A stretch of 64,000 nucleotides of DNA from an uncultured delta proteobacterium (GTDB lineage: Bacteria; Desulfobacterota; Binatia; UBA9968): positions 90,545 to 154,544 of the forward strand of contig CAVWLW010000052.1 of assembly GCA_963755715.1 (NCBI GenBank), written 5' to 3'. Below the pieces are notes generated by a model. That model was not told the origin of the DNA and did not search any database. It worked only from the letters and a program-made list of their open reading frames with translations. The position numbers and the translations under genes are program-made. Positions 10,772-20,945 of the stretch are shown piece by piece (position 1 is the stretch's first letter; every line of letters begins with the position of its first letter).

Positions 10772-11779
10772 ATGCCCATGCCATTGGGAGATACCGCCAT
10801 GATCTTTGCTCTACTGTGGTTGACGCTGTTGTTTTTGCCGGAGCGACTTGCCGCTCAAGAGAAGTACATCGCCAGCTATGCCGGGTTCGCCGGATTTCAA
10901 GCGCCTCTGTGGGCTGCGAAGGATTTCGGTTTCACGGCAAAATACGGCGTGAATACTGACTTAGTCATGATCCCCGGTTCGGCGCGGGGCGCGCAAGCTT
11001 TGCTCGGTGGCAGCATTCACTTCGGCCAGATCGACGGCACCGCGTTGATCGCCGCGATCAATCAGGGCGCGGATCTCGTCTTCGTCGCTTCATCGCTGAA
11101 CAAATTCCCGTTCAGTTTGGTCGCTCAGAAAAATATTCGACAACCGAAGGATCTCATCGGCAAGAAAGTCGGCATGGTAGGCTTCGGCGGAGCGCACGAA
11201 GTGTCATTGATCCTGGCGCTGAAGGAATGGAATATTCCGCGTCAATCGGTAACGTTGCTCGCTAGCGGACCGGCCGCCAACCGTTTGTTGGCACTTTCGA
11301 GCGGCGCTCTCGATGCCACGTTGCTCGCGCCGCCAGAGACGGGTGAGGCCGCGCGCATGGGGCTGCCGACGCTGGCACACATGACCGAGCTCAAAGCGGC
11401 CTACTTTCCCATGAACGCGATCGCCACGCGCCGCTCTTTTCTCGAAAAGAATCGTGATGTGATCAAACGATTTCTCCAAGCTTATGCGGAGGGCATCCAC
11501 CAGTTCATGACCAGCAAGGAAAAAGGCGTCGCGATGCTGACCCAGCGGATGAAGCAGAAAAACCCGGCGATTGTAGAAGAGACGTATCAATACTTTGCTT
11601 CGACGTTTTCCTCTCCTCCGCGCATGTCGCACGAAGGCATGCGCGCCGCCATCGACATGCTCCAGCAACGCTCGCCGGAAACCAAGTTCGACACCAACGT
11701 GGGCAAATACGTCGATGAGCGTTTGATGGACGAGTTGGAGAGAGAAGGTTTTTTCAAGAAGATGGGCGGAAAGAGCTGA
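10772..11779 (+). CDS. ABC substrate-binding protein, NMT1/TauA-like
   Basis: Signal peptide, PLWAAKDFG, DLIGKKVG, C-terminal ELEREGFFKK. Confidence 0.85.
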   Translation: MPMPLGDTAMIFALLWLTLLFLPERLAAQEKYIASYAGFAGFQAPLWAAKDFGFTAKYGVNTDLVMIPGSARGAQALLGGSIHFGQIDGTALIAAINQGADLVFVASSLNKFPFSLVAQKNIRQPKDLIGKKVGMVGFGGAHEVSLILALKEWNIPRQSVTLLASGPAANRLLALSSGALDATLLAPPETGEAARMGLPTLAHMTELKAAYFPMNAIATRRSFLEKNRDVIKRFLQAYAEGIHQFMTSKEKGVAMLTQRMKQKNPAIVEETYQYFASTFSSPPRMSHEGMRAAIDMLQQRSPETKFDTNVGKYVDERLMDELEREGFFKKMGGKS

Positions 11780-11805
11780 CGAAAGGTTGTTCGATATCTT
11801 TCCCA

Positions 11806-12381
11806 ATGTTAGCGAGTGCAACATCTGAATCTTTACTTCACTGTCATCCGGACACTCCGTGTCCAGCGGTCACGAGCATCAAAGCGACGATAGGCTGGAA
11901 ACAAGGCCGAGCTCTGACGGTCGTCTATACGCTCAATGGAGCTGTCGATCTCTTGCGGGTTCCGCCGCGTCAATCGATTCGCAGGACCGATGGCTTGTGG
12001 CAACATACCTGCTTCGAGTTATTCATCGCCGCGCAGAACGACGCTGAATATTATGAGTTCAATTTCTCTCCCTCTGGTGAGTGGGCCGCGTACGGGTTTC
12101 GCAATTATCGCGACGGCGGCGCGATCGATAGCGACGACCTCGAGCCAAACATCGCTGTCCAACAAAGTGCTGAGACGTTAGAGGTGAGCGCCGTTCTTCG
12201 CGCGGATCGTTTGTCGGGGATAGCGCCCGAGATTTGTTTATCGCTGGGGCTTTGCGCCGTGATCGAAGATCTCGACGATTCGCTATCCTACTGGGCGCTC
12301 AAACATCCTTTCGGAAAGCCCGACTTTCATCATCCCGATTCTTTTGCTGTTGAACTTACTGTTCCTGGTTCGAAATCCTGA
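11806..12381 (+). CDS. DOMON-like domain protein
   Basis: LWQHTCFELF, YYEFNFSPSGEWAAYGF, SYWALKHP..PDFH. Confidence 0.75.
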   Translation: MLASATSESLLHCHPDTPCPAVTSIKATIGWKQGRALTVVYTLNGAVDLLRVPPRQSIRRTDGLWQHTCFELFIAAQNDAEYYEFNFSPSGEWAAYGFRNYRDGGAIDSDDLEPNIAVQQSAETLEVSAVLRADRLSGIAPEICLSLGLCAVIEDLDDSLSYWALKHPFGKPDFHHPDSFAVELTVPGSKS

Positions 12382-12402
12382 AAGCGCTTAAAATAGCAAA
12401 CC

Positions 12403-13608
12403 ATGAAATTCGGAATCGACCGACTCAGAGACGAACCGGCATTACGGAAACCCTTGGCCGGAAAGCGTGTGGCGTTGCTTGCGCATCCTGCCTCGGTGAC
12501 GCGGGATCTAGTGCATTCCCTCGATGCGCTGGCTTTGCTGAAAGATATAAAGCTCACCGCCGCCTTCGGCCCGCAGCATGGGTTGCGCGGCGACAAGCAG
12601 GACAACATGGTCGAGTCGGCAGATTTCCACGACCCGGCGCACGGCATTCCGGTTTTTAGTCTTTACGGTGAAGTGCGCCGGCCGACGGCGACGATGATGG
12701 ATAGTTTCGACGTTTTGCTGGTCGATCTCCAAGACGTGGGTTGCCGCGTCTACACGTTCATCACGACCCTGCGTTACGTTCTCGAAGCAGCGGCGCAGCA
12801 TAAAAAGGCTGTCTGGGTTCTGGACCGGCCGAACCCCGTTGGGCGCCCGGTCGAAGGGCTTCGACTTTGCCCTGGCTGGGAAAGTTTCGTCGGCGCCGGG
12901 TCATTGCCGATGCGCCACGGCTTGACGCTCGGCGAGCTGGCGAAATGGTTCGTCACTACCCTGAAGCTCGATGTGCAATGCGAAGTAGTCAAGATGGAAG
13001 GTTGGAATCCCACGAACCCGCCGGGATTTGGCTGGCCGCTCGGCGAGCGGAGTTGGATCAATCCGAGTCCTAACGCGGCGAATCTTTGGATGGCGCGCTG
13101 CTACGCCGGGACTGTAATGCTGGAAGGCACGACACTCTCCGAAGGGCGCGGCACGACGCGGCCGTTGGAATTGTTCGGCGCGCCGGATCTTGAGTCCGGT
13201 GCATTATTGAGCAAAATGGAAGCGCTCGCACCCGAGTGGCTGCGCGGCTGCCGCCTGCGCGAGTGTTGGTTCGAACCGACTTTTCACAAACACGCCGGCA
13301 AGCTTTGCGCGGGCATACAGATCCACGTCGACGATCCAGGCTACGATCACGAGAACTTTCGGCCATGGCGATTGATCGCGCTGGCGTTAAAGTCGTTGCG
13401 AGCTTTGAGACCGGACTACGAGCTCTGGCGCAACTTTGCCTATGAATACGAACGCGACCGTCTCGCCATCGACTTGATCAATGGCGGCGAGGTTCTGCGC
13501 CAATGGGTCGACGATCCGGCGGCCGTGCCGGTTGACCTCGACAAAATGACGACTTCAGACGAGAAATCGTGGATCGAAGAGCGAGAGTCGGTGTTGTTGT
13601 ATCGTTGA
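12403..13608 (+). CDS. DUF1343 / exo-beta-N-acetylmuramidase NamZ family
   Basis: FGPQHG, DLQDVGCRVYTF, VLDRPNP, RHGLTLGEL, PSPN, EGTTLSEGRGTTRP. Confidence 0.85.
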   Translation: MKFGIDRLRDEPALRKPLAGKRVALLAHPASVTRDLVHSLDALALLKDIKLTAAFGPQHGLRGDKQDNMVESADFHDPAHGIPVFSLYGEVRRPTATMMDSFDVLLVDLQDVGCRVYTFITTLRYVLEAAAQHKKAVWVLDRPNPVGRPVEGLRLCPGWESFVGAGSLPMRHGLTLGELAKWFVTTLKLDVQCEVVKMEGWNPTNPPGFGWPLGERSWINPSPNAANLWMARCYAGTVMLEGTTLSEGRGTTRPLELFGAPDLESGALLSKMEALAPEWLRGCRLRECWFEPTFHKHAGKLCAGIQIHVDDPGYDHENFRPWRLIALALKSLRALRPDYELWRNFAYEYERDRLAIDLINGGEVLRQWVDDPAAVPVDLDKMTTSDEKSWIEERESVLLYR

Positions 13609-13672
13609 ATTATCAGCGTTCCTATGACGGAAATAAGATCGAATATCGCAATTGCGATGGAGGGACGGAAAG

Positions 13673-14224
13673 ATGGCTGATCACGATAGCAACGAAAAAT
13701 GGTTTGAAGGAAAAAGTTCGCTATTCAAATCGCGCGCCGAACGGGTCAAAGCGGATATCGCCCGGCGCAAAGCCGGCCGGAAGGCGATCAAGGGTGAAGA
13801 CGTCAAGGTCGAGTGGGAAGAGCAGAACGGCGTGTGGATGGGGCCGCTAGTTTCGCAGGAGCTTGGATTTCAGAATCGCATCATCGAAGTCGATTGCCAC
13901 ATCTACCCACCGCATTCCCATTCAGTCACACACAAGCACAACGAAGCGATCATCATCGTCTTGCGCGGTCAGGGTTACAGCATTCTCGACGACGAGCGCA
14001 TCGACTGGAAGCCCGGCGACACGCTTTACATCGGCCAAGGCGTGTGGCACCAGCACCACATCACGAGCGACGAAGCGGCGATGGTGTTCGCGATCAAGCC
14101 GCTACCGATTCAGGAATACATGGGTGAGCTGAATATCGTTTACAAGGGTGACAAACCGAAGATCAATCCGAACTACAAGGCGGGCACCTTCTTGGAAGAG
14201 TTCGCTAAGATCGGCAAAAAATAA
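13673..14224 (+). CDS. Cupin domain protein
   Basis: HKHNEA..GQGYS..WKPGD..WHQH cupin motifs; ATG at 13673 follows GGAGG. Confidence 0.8.
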   Translation: MADHDSNEKWFEGKSSLFKSRAERVKADIARRKAGRKAIKGEDVKVEWEEQNGVWMGPLVSQELGFQNRIIEVDCHIYPPHSHSVTHKHNEAIIIVLRGQGYSILDDERIDWKPGDTLYIGQGVWHQHHITSDEAAMVFAIKPLPIQEYMGELNIVYKGDKPKINPNYKAGTFLEEFAKIGKK

Positions 14225-14263
14225 GTGCAATTGACGGCCGACCTTATAAAAATACGAGCTCAC

Positions 14264-15221
14264 GTGAAAAAGACTTTAGTAGTGTTGTCGGTCGTCGCGC
14301 TCTTCGAGATCCCGCTCCTTCACGCTGCGGAGAAGGTTCGAATTAGCATGACTGGATTTGCCGGACAGTTCATGACTTTTCCTCTGGCGCACCGGCGAGG
14401 TTTTCTCAAAGAAGAGGGAATCGAGGCCGAGATCATTCGAATCTCGGCGGCCGCAGGCAGAGCTGCGCTAGCCAGCGGCGAAGTAGATTATTCGACCGGA
14501 ATCGGCGGTACGGCGATCGGTGGCGCGCTATCCGGAGTACCGATCAAAGTCGTGGCCTGCTATGTGCCGGCGCCGGTGCTCGCGCTGGTGGCGCGGCCTG
14601 AGTTTAAATCGGTCCAGCAGCTCAAGGGCAAAACCGTCGCGGTTCTCATCTTCGGCGGTGTCGCGCATTTCGCCGCGCGAGCTATCGCCAAGCACTTCGG
14701 TCTCGATCCCGAAAAGGATTTGAAATATCTCGCCGTGGGTCCGCCCGATGCTCGCTTCGCCGCGCTCAGTCAGGGGTTGGTCGACGCGGCCGTGCTCGGC
14801 CCGCCGTTGGATTTTGCGGCGAAGAAGCAAGGCCACAATATTCTCGCTAGAGCCGATGAAGTTCTCATCTTCCCCGAAACCGGTTTGGTCGCCGGGGTGA
14901 AAAAAATCCAAGACAAGCCGGACGAAATCAAGCGCGTTATCAGAGCTGGGATCAAAGCCAACCGTTTCATCCGCGCCAATCGCGATGGAACTATCCAATT
15001 CTTAATGGAGTGGCTGAAGCTCAATCGAGAGACTCGCCACGGCCACCTATGACAGCGTGGTCAAGGTTTACGATGAGGATGTCAATATCTGTGAAAAGGG
15101 ACTGCGCCTCGTGATCGATGAGACCAAGAAGACGATGAAGCTCAACCGTGAAGTTCCCTTCAGCGAAATTGCCGATCTGTCGATTCTGAGAGAGGCGCAG
15201 CGGGAGCTGGGAGGCAAATAG
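14264..15221 (+). CDS. ABC substrate-binding protein, NMT1/TauA-like, frameshift near 15035
   Basis: FLKEEGIEAEI, ALASGEVDY, DPEKD; the shifted frame ends ILREAQRELGGK*. Confidence 0.8.
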
Positions 15222-15351
15222 ACGCGCAGATGCCGACGGTAATTATCGGAAAATCGATAACGGAGTGCCGCCGTCAAGGTCTGGCGCGGTGCCGCAAGAA
15301 TCAGGCCCTCGCACATCTGAATCAGGCGGGCGGCGCCGTGACTTTGTGAAT

Positions 15352-15781
15352 TCAACATGCGGTACGCAAGCGTAGCTTTCGTCGGCGCGCGCCGGAACGA
15401 TATTTTTTCAAACGGAGCGTGGGCGAAGTGCTACTCCGGCTTTGAGTACTCCAACGATTGAGGCCGCGGCGTAGGTAGTCGGCGTCGAGGCCCAGCGTCT
15501 CGCAGACGTTGCTAAAGGAAAAAATCCAATCTTCGCTGTCCGCGGCGCTGACCCACTGTTGCGCCTCTTCAAAGCTTTTACGTTGGCGGTGCGAAGAGCG
15601 CAGCGGATCTCTCGCCAAGCACGAGACGGCGTCCTCGAGTAAGGCGGCCATCAGCCTGCGCTCCGGGTCGACGAAGCGGCTTGCGCTTGAGCGTGGCATA
15701 AAACTGGTCCGGCGCCAGCATATCGGGCTCGAAAAGCTTGATCGCATCCTGCGTCGTTACTAAGTTTGTCGCCGTTTTCAT
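15352..15781 (-). CDS. Hypothetical protein, frameshift near 15685
   Basis: LFEPDMLAPDQFY joins PERRLMAALLEDAV..WIFSFSNVCETLGLDADYLRRGL; GGAGG-type RBS upstream. Confidence 0.6.
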
Positions 15782-15900
15782 GACATCAGCCTCCGTCGCC
15801 GTTAACAGGATTCATACGAGCAGGATAAGCGGAAAATGATATATTGACAAATTCATAATTTCTTATTGTTTCATAGATAAAATCGAACTATTATTCTCCC

Positions 15901-16800
15901 GTGGAATGGCTGAATTACCATCATCTGTTGTATTTCTGGACGGTGGCGCGGCTCGGCAGTGTTTCGCGCGCCGGTGAGGAGTTGCGCTTGACGCAGGCGA
16001 CCGTGAGCGCGCAACTGAAGTCGCTGGAAACAGCGCTTGGCGAAAAGCTATTTCGCAAGGCCGGACGACATCTGGCGCTAACCGAAACCGGCAAAATCGT
16101 CTTTCGTTATGCCGATGAGATTTTTTCACTCGGCCGGGAAATGGTGGGCGCTCTTCAGGGCCGGCCGGAAGGGCATTTGGCGCGGGTGACCGTGGGCGTC
16201 GCTGACGTTCTGCCTAAATTGGTCGCCTATGAATTGATCGAGCCCGCGCTCAAGCTCAGAGATACTTATCGGGTGATTTGTCGCGAGGGAACGAACAAAG
16301 AGTTGTTGCCAGCTTTAGCGGTTCATGACATTGACGTGGTGCTGACCGATACGCCGATCGACCCCTCGATCAATGTCAAAGGCTTCAGTCATTTGCTCGG
16401 CGAATGCGGCATGACACTCTTCGGTACGACGAAGTTAGCGGCGTCGATCCGGGGTAAGTTTCCTCAATGTTTGGATAGCGCTCCGTTTGTGCTGCCGACC
16501 CCTAACACCGCGGCGCGGCGCTCGCTCGACCAATGGTTCGAGCTCGAGAAAATTCGTCCCGTGATCGTCGCCGAATGTGAGGACAGCGCTTTGCTGCAGG
16601 TGTTTGGGCAGCGGGGCTTGGGCCTTTTCTTTGCGCCTTCCGTGGTCGGCGCAGAAATCCAACGACAGAGTCACGTGAAAGCGATCGGGCGCGTGGAAGG
16701 CGTTCGCGAAAGATTCTTCGCCATTTCCCTGGACCGCAAGCTAAAGCACCCCGCTGTGGTCGCGATCTCGGAAGCCGCCAGAGCTAGATTATCGGACTAA
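15901..16800 (+). CDS. nhaR: LysR-family transcriptional activator, NhaR-like
   Basis: WLNYHHLLYFW, RYADEIF, GVADVLPK and HLLGECG are NhaR-subfamily motifs. Confidence 0.7.
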   Translation: MEWLNYHHLLYFWTVARLGSVSRAGEELRLTQATVSAQLKSLETALGEKLFRKAGRHLALTETGKIVFRYADEIFSLGREMVGALQGRPEGHLARVTVGVADVLPKLVAYELIEPALKLRDTYRVICREGTNKELLPALAVHDIDVVLTDTPIDPSINVKGFSHLLGECGMTLFGTTKLAASIRGKFPQCLDSAPFVLPTPNTAARRSLDQWFELEKIRPVIVAECEDSALLQVFGQRGLGLFFAPSVVGAEIQRQSHVKAIGRVEGVRERFFAISLDRKLKHPAVVAISEAARARLSD

Positions 16801-16932
16801 TAACTGGTGTGGCGACTCCATTCGCATCCAAACGGGGGGTCAGTGAAGGGGCCGTTTCTTGGAAATCTTTGCCTGCTGTTATAGAGTCGGCGCAGTTAAA
16901 TACCGCGATCAAGCTCGCACGAGGAGGCGTTC

Positions 16933-17967
16933 ATGGAAGTAAAGTCGACCAAAGAGCTTCATTCAGAGCTCGCAATGCACAGCGTCCGCTTTGCCAAGGA
17001 TGAGCAAGGGCGGCGCAAGGGGCAGGACGTATTGTTCAAGTGGCCGGAGATCGAAAAGAAACTCGGCGAGCACAAGCATATTTACGTCGTCGATGCTCGG
17101 CTTGGTTCGAACAATCACACCCATCGCTTGTGGTACGACGTGATTCCGCCGCACACCGAGGAAGGACAGGAATGGCGCACCCTCGGCCACCGCCATACCG
17201 TCGAGGCGATTATCTACTTTTTGAAAGGCCACGGTCATAGCATCATCGACGGCGAACGCTACGATTGGGGGCCGGGAGATTTGCTGAGCGTGCCGATGTT
17301 TTCCTGGCACCGGCACATCAACGATGGCGACGAACCGGTGCTGCGCATCGCGTCGACGACCGGGCCGTTGTCTCTGGCGTTGGGGCAAGCGGTTTACGAA
17401 GACGAGCGCTATCCCGAGTTTTGGATCTATGCGCAGGAAGGTGAGGATGCGCGCAAGACGCTGATCCCCGGAGGAGGCGGCAAGATTGATAACGGAAAGA
17501 TCGCCGGCAGTCGCACGGCGGAAATGTACGCCGAGCAGGTGGCCTTTGCGATGCACGAAGAGCAGCTCAGAAGAAAAAGCAAAGTGCTGGTGAAGCAGAA
17601 GGATCTGGTTTTCGAACCGACGGCGATGGGAAATCTCGCTTATGTTGTCGATCCGCGCATCGGCTGCCACAGTAAAGCGCTCGGCGTCGTTATGGCGGAA
17701 ATCCCTCCGGGCAAGCGTTCCGGGGCGCATCGCCATCTTTACGACGAGATCGATCTTATTGTCAGCGGCAAGGGCAAGGTGATCGTCGAAGACAAGGAGT
17801 TCGACTTCGACACGCTCGACGTGCTCTCGATCCCTGTTTTTCAGTGGCATCAATACTTCAATACCGGTAGCGAGCCGCTGCGGATTCTCGGCATTAACAC
17901 CAGGTTGGCGATGGATAATTTGGGTTTATCTTTGACGCATCAGGGGGAGCATGCCGACTACGTTTGA
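16933..17967 (+). CDS. Bicupin protein (gentisate 1,2-dioxygenase-like fold)
   Basis: Two cupin motif sets: HRHTVEA..WHRH and AHRHLYDE..WHQY. Confidence 0.75.
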   Translation: MEVKSTKELHSELAMHSVRFAKDEQGRRKGQDVLFKWPEIEKKLGEHKHIYVVDARLGSNNHTHRLWYDVIPPHTEEGQEWRTLGHRHTVEAIIYFLKGHGHSIIDGERYDWGPGDLLSVPMFSWHRHINDGDEPVLRIASTTGPLSLALGQAVYEDERYPEFWIYAQEGEDARKTLIPGGGGKIDNGKIAGSRTAEMYAEQVAFAMHEEQLRRKSKVLVKQKDLVFEPTAMGNLAYVVDPRIGCHSKALGVVMAEIPPGKRSGAHRHLYDEIDLIVSGKGKVIVEDKEFDFDTLDVLSIPVFQWHQYFNTGSEPLRILGINTRLAMDNLGLSLTHQGEHADYV

Positions 17968-17984
17968 TTGAAGGATCGTGTGTC

Positions 17985-18977
17985 ATGGCACGCATCATTT
18001 CACTGCTGCTATTTTGGCTACTCATCTCGTCGCCCTATGTTTACAGCGCTGACTTGGAATCGGCGCGCAAAGAGGGCGAGGTCGTGCTTTACACGACTAT
18101 GGTTGTTTCTGACTTCCAAGTGTTTCAAAAAGCCCTGGCAAAGAAATATCCCTTTCTCAAGATCAATCACGTTCGCCTCGGCGCCTCGACGTTGGTGGCG
18201 CGCGCCGTGGCCGAATTTCGCGCGGGAAAGCGTCTCACCGATGTTTACGGCGTTACGCCGGATTCGATGAATTACATGCGCGAGCAAGGTATTTTGGCTC
18301 AGTACTCCAGCCCCGAAGCCAAGTTCATTCACAAGGGATTCATGGATCCGAAGGGATTTTGGTCTGGCATCAACACCGACGTGCTGGTGACCGGCGTCAA
18401 CACGGGGCAACTGAACCTCAAGCGAGCGCCGCGCAGCTACGTCGATTACCTCAAGCCGGAATTCAAAGACAAGATGGCCTTTCACATCGGCACCAATAAT
18501 CCATTGATCGGTATGGCCGAGTTGCAGGGCGAAGACAAAGCTCTGACTTATATGCGGAGCTTCGCCAAGCAGGGATTGATTCAGCACAATGGCTACACCA
18601 AAATTTCTCAGCTATTGGCCGCCGGTGAGTTTCCTCTCGTTGCTTTTATGCAAGTGACTAAGCTGGAAAAGATTCGGGAGCGCGGTGGTCCGGTGGATTG
18701 GCTTCCGCTTGATCCGTCGTTCGCGACGGTTTCTTCGGTGGCTGTATCGAAGAATGCGCCGCACCCAACCGCGGCGCGGCTGCTGGTCGATTTCTATCTA
18801 TCGGAAGATGGCCAAAGGGCGCTGCGCGAGATCGACAAAATTCCCTTGCGTCGAGGAGTAGAGCCTGATTCGAAGCGAGTGGGCGAATTGATCGATCAAG
18901 CGCCGCACGTGATTAAATATGAAGGCGATGCCGGAAAGTATATCAAGCAGTTTAATGAGATTTTTCTTGGGAGATGA
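17985..18977 (+). CDS. Extracellular solute-binding protein (Fe3+/AfuA-like cluster)
   Basis: ARKEGEVVLYTT, KKYPF, LAAGEF, KNAPHPTAARLLVDF. Confidence 0.8.
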   Translation: MARIISLLLFWLLISSPYVYSADLESARKEGEVVLYTTMVVSDFQVFQKALAKKYPFLKINHVRLGASTLVARAVAEFRAGKRLTDVYGVTPDSMNYMREQGILAQYSSPEAKFIHKGFMDPKGFWSGINTDVLVTGVNTGQLNLKRAPRSYVDYLKPEFKDKMAFHIGTNNPLIGMAELQGEDKALTYMRSFAKQGLIQHNGYTKISQLLAAGEFPLVAFMQVTKLEKIRERGGPVDWLPLDPSFATVSSVAVSKNAPHPTAARLLVDFYLSEDGQRALREIDKIPLRRGVEPDSKRVGELIDQAPHVIKYEGDAGKYIKQFNEIFLGR

Positions 18978-18997
18978 TTCCCATCGAGTAAACCGCT

Positions 18998-19692
18998 GTG
19001 AACGTGCTTTTCGACCTTGATGGAACTCTAACTGATCCGCGGGAAGGAATCCTGGCGTGCTTCAAGCATGCGCTGGAAAAACTTCAAGTGGCTGCGCCGA
19101 CTGACCGAGAGCTCGAGGGATTTATTGGACCACCGCTGTGGGAAAGCTTCTCGACGCTATGCGGCTCAAGCGACAAAGGCGTCGTCGAACAGGCGGTCGC
19201 GCTTTACCGTGAACGCTTCGCCACCAAAGGCATGTTTGAGAACCGCATATATTCTGGCATAGCCGATGCTCTCGCCAGCTTTCAACAGGCGAGAGTGCAG
19301 CTTTTCGTTGTGACCTCAAAAGCGCGCCTGTTCGCCGAGCCTATCGTGGAACACTTCGGTCTTAGAAGATTTTTTCTATCCGTGCATGGCAGCGAGCTTG
19401 ACGGCAGCTATGCCGACAAGTCGGAATTGATCGCAAAAGTGTTGCGCTCGGAGTCGCTGACGCCTGATGAGACCGTCATGATCGGTGATCGCGCTCACGA
19501 TGTCATTGGCGCAAAGGCAAACGGGATCTTTTCAGTCGGTGCGCTATGGGGTTTCGGTTCGCGAGACGAGCTGGTGTCGGCCGGTGCGGACCTGTTGTGT
19601 AAGACACCGAATATGCTCGTCGAAACTGTGCGTGTTTTCGGTAGGGCAGGAGTTTGCGTAGAGATCGTTCTTCCTATAGCCGAGGATAACGT
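18998..19692 (+). CDS. HAD-family hydrolase (phosphoglycolate phosphatase/5'-nucleotidase-like), read in frame into the next gene
   Basis: FDLDGTLTD, VTSK, MIGDRAHD, WGFGSRDEL; no stop before 19693. Confidence 0.7.
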
Positions 19693-20845
19693 AATGGAAA
19701 TCAAATTTGGTTTATTCAGCTGCGACTCCCACGCGCAACTCGACCGCGACGCATGGACGAAACGGCTGTCGAAACAGAAGTGGGGCGATCGGATTCCACA
19801 GATCGTCGAGGTCAATGAGAACGGCCAAACCGTCGACCGCTGGATGGTGAATGGCAAGGTGCGTAGCGAGTGGGTGTGTAACTGCCCCGCGGCAATGGAG
19901 GGCGGCGTCGAGCGCGGTTACTATCCGCGCCGCTGGGAAGAAGTGCCGAAGATCGTCTACGATCCGGCCGAGCGATTGAAAGCCCTGGATGACGATCGAG
20001 TCGACGGTGAAGTACTCTATCCGAATGGCCCCGTTGCCAATTTTGCCTTTCTGCAGGCTGACGCCGCTTTCGAGCTTGCGTGCGTGCAAGCCTACAATGA
20101 CGCGCTGGCGGAATGGCGCGAAGTGAGCGATCGATATGTGCCGGTCGCAATTATCCCGTATATGAGTGAAATCGACGTCGTCGTCGCCGAGGTCGAGCGT
20201 TGCGTGAAGCGCGGCCATCGCGGCGTCGTCATGCTGGCCGAGCCGGCGTTTACGAAAAAAGGCCTCAAGCGGATGAATGATCCTTTCTGGGAACCGCTCT
20301 GGGCTTCCTGCCAGGAGTTGGGAGTTCCCATGCACTGGCACGGCTCGTCGGGTTTAGTCCAGCAGTTATCCCTACCAAAATGGGACGGATTCAGCCGGAA
20401 GGAATTTCATACTGTTTCAACCTCGCGGCTCTGCGCGACACCGGCACAACTGATCCCCAATCTGATCTTCTCCGGCATTCTCGACCGCTATCCGCGGCTC
20501 AAATGGGCGTGCGCCGAAACCGGCTTCGGCTGGGTGAGCTACGTGCTTGAATCCTGCGATCACGAGTGGCAGCAGCGGCGTCTATGGAATGAAGGCGTTC
20601 GCACCAGACCGAGCGAAGTTTTTCGGCGGCAGATTTACGTGGATTTCTGGTACGAGAAGGCAGGTATCGAGCTGCGCGAGCTGGTCGGCGTCGACAATAT
20701 CATGTGGGAATCCGATTATCCGCACATCGCGTCGACCTATCCGAGATCCTGGAGTTTCGTCGAAGCGTCGCTCGGGGGTGTGCCGGAGGAAGAACGAAAG
20801 AAAATGTGTTATGGCAACGCGCTCAGGCTGTACGGCGTGGCATAG
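19693..20845 (+). CDS. Amidohydrolase_2 family protein
   Basis: GAGGA RBS before ATG at 19693; SCDSH, PMHWHG, ETGFGW, MWESDYPH. Confidence 0.8.
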
Positions 20846-20945
20846 TTTCCGAACCCAGTGAGGATCATCTCAAACGAAGTGAGAGAGCTTTTTATAAAGG
20901 TAGATTTTTCGACTTCGCCTCGAAATCGCGGGCGATGGTAACAAT

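Noticed and set aside
16963-17853. Long antisense ORFs (also 2403-3134, 3468-4160, 43633-44280, 54203-54922)
   Set aside because: These are shadows of real genes in GC-rich sequence and have no motifs or RBS.
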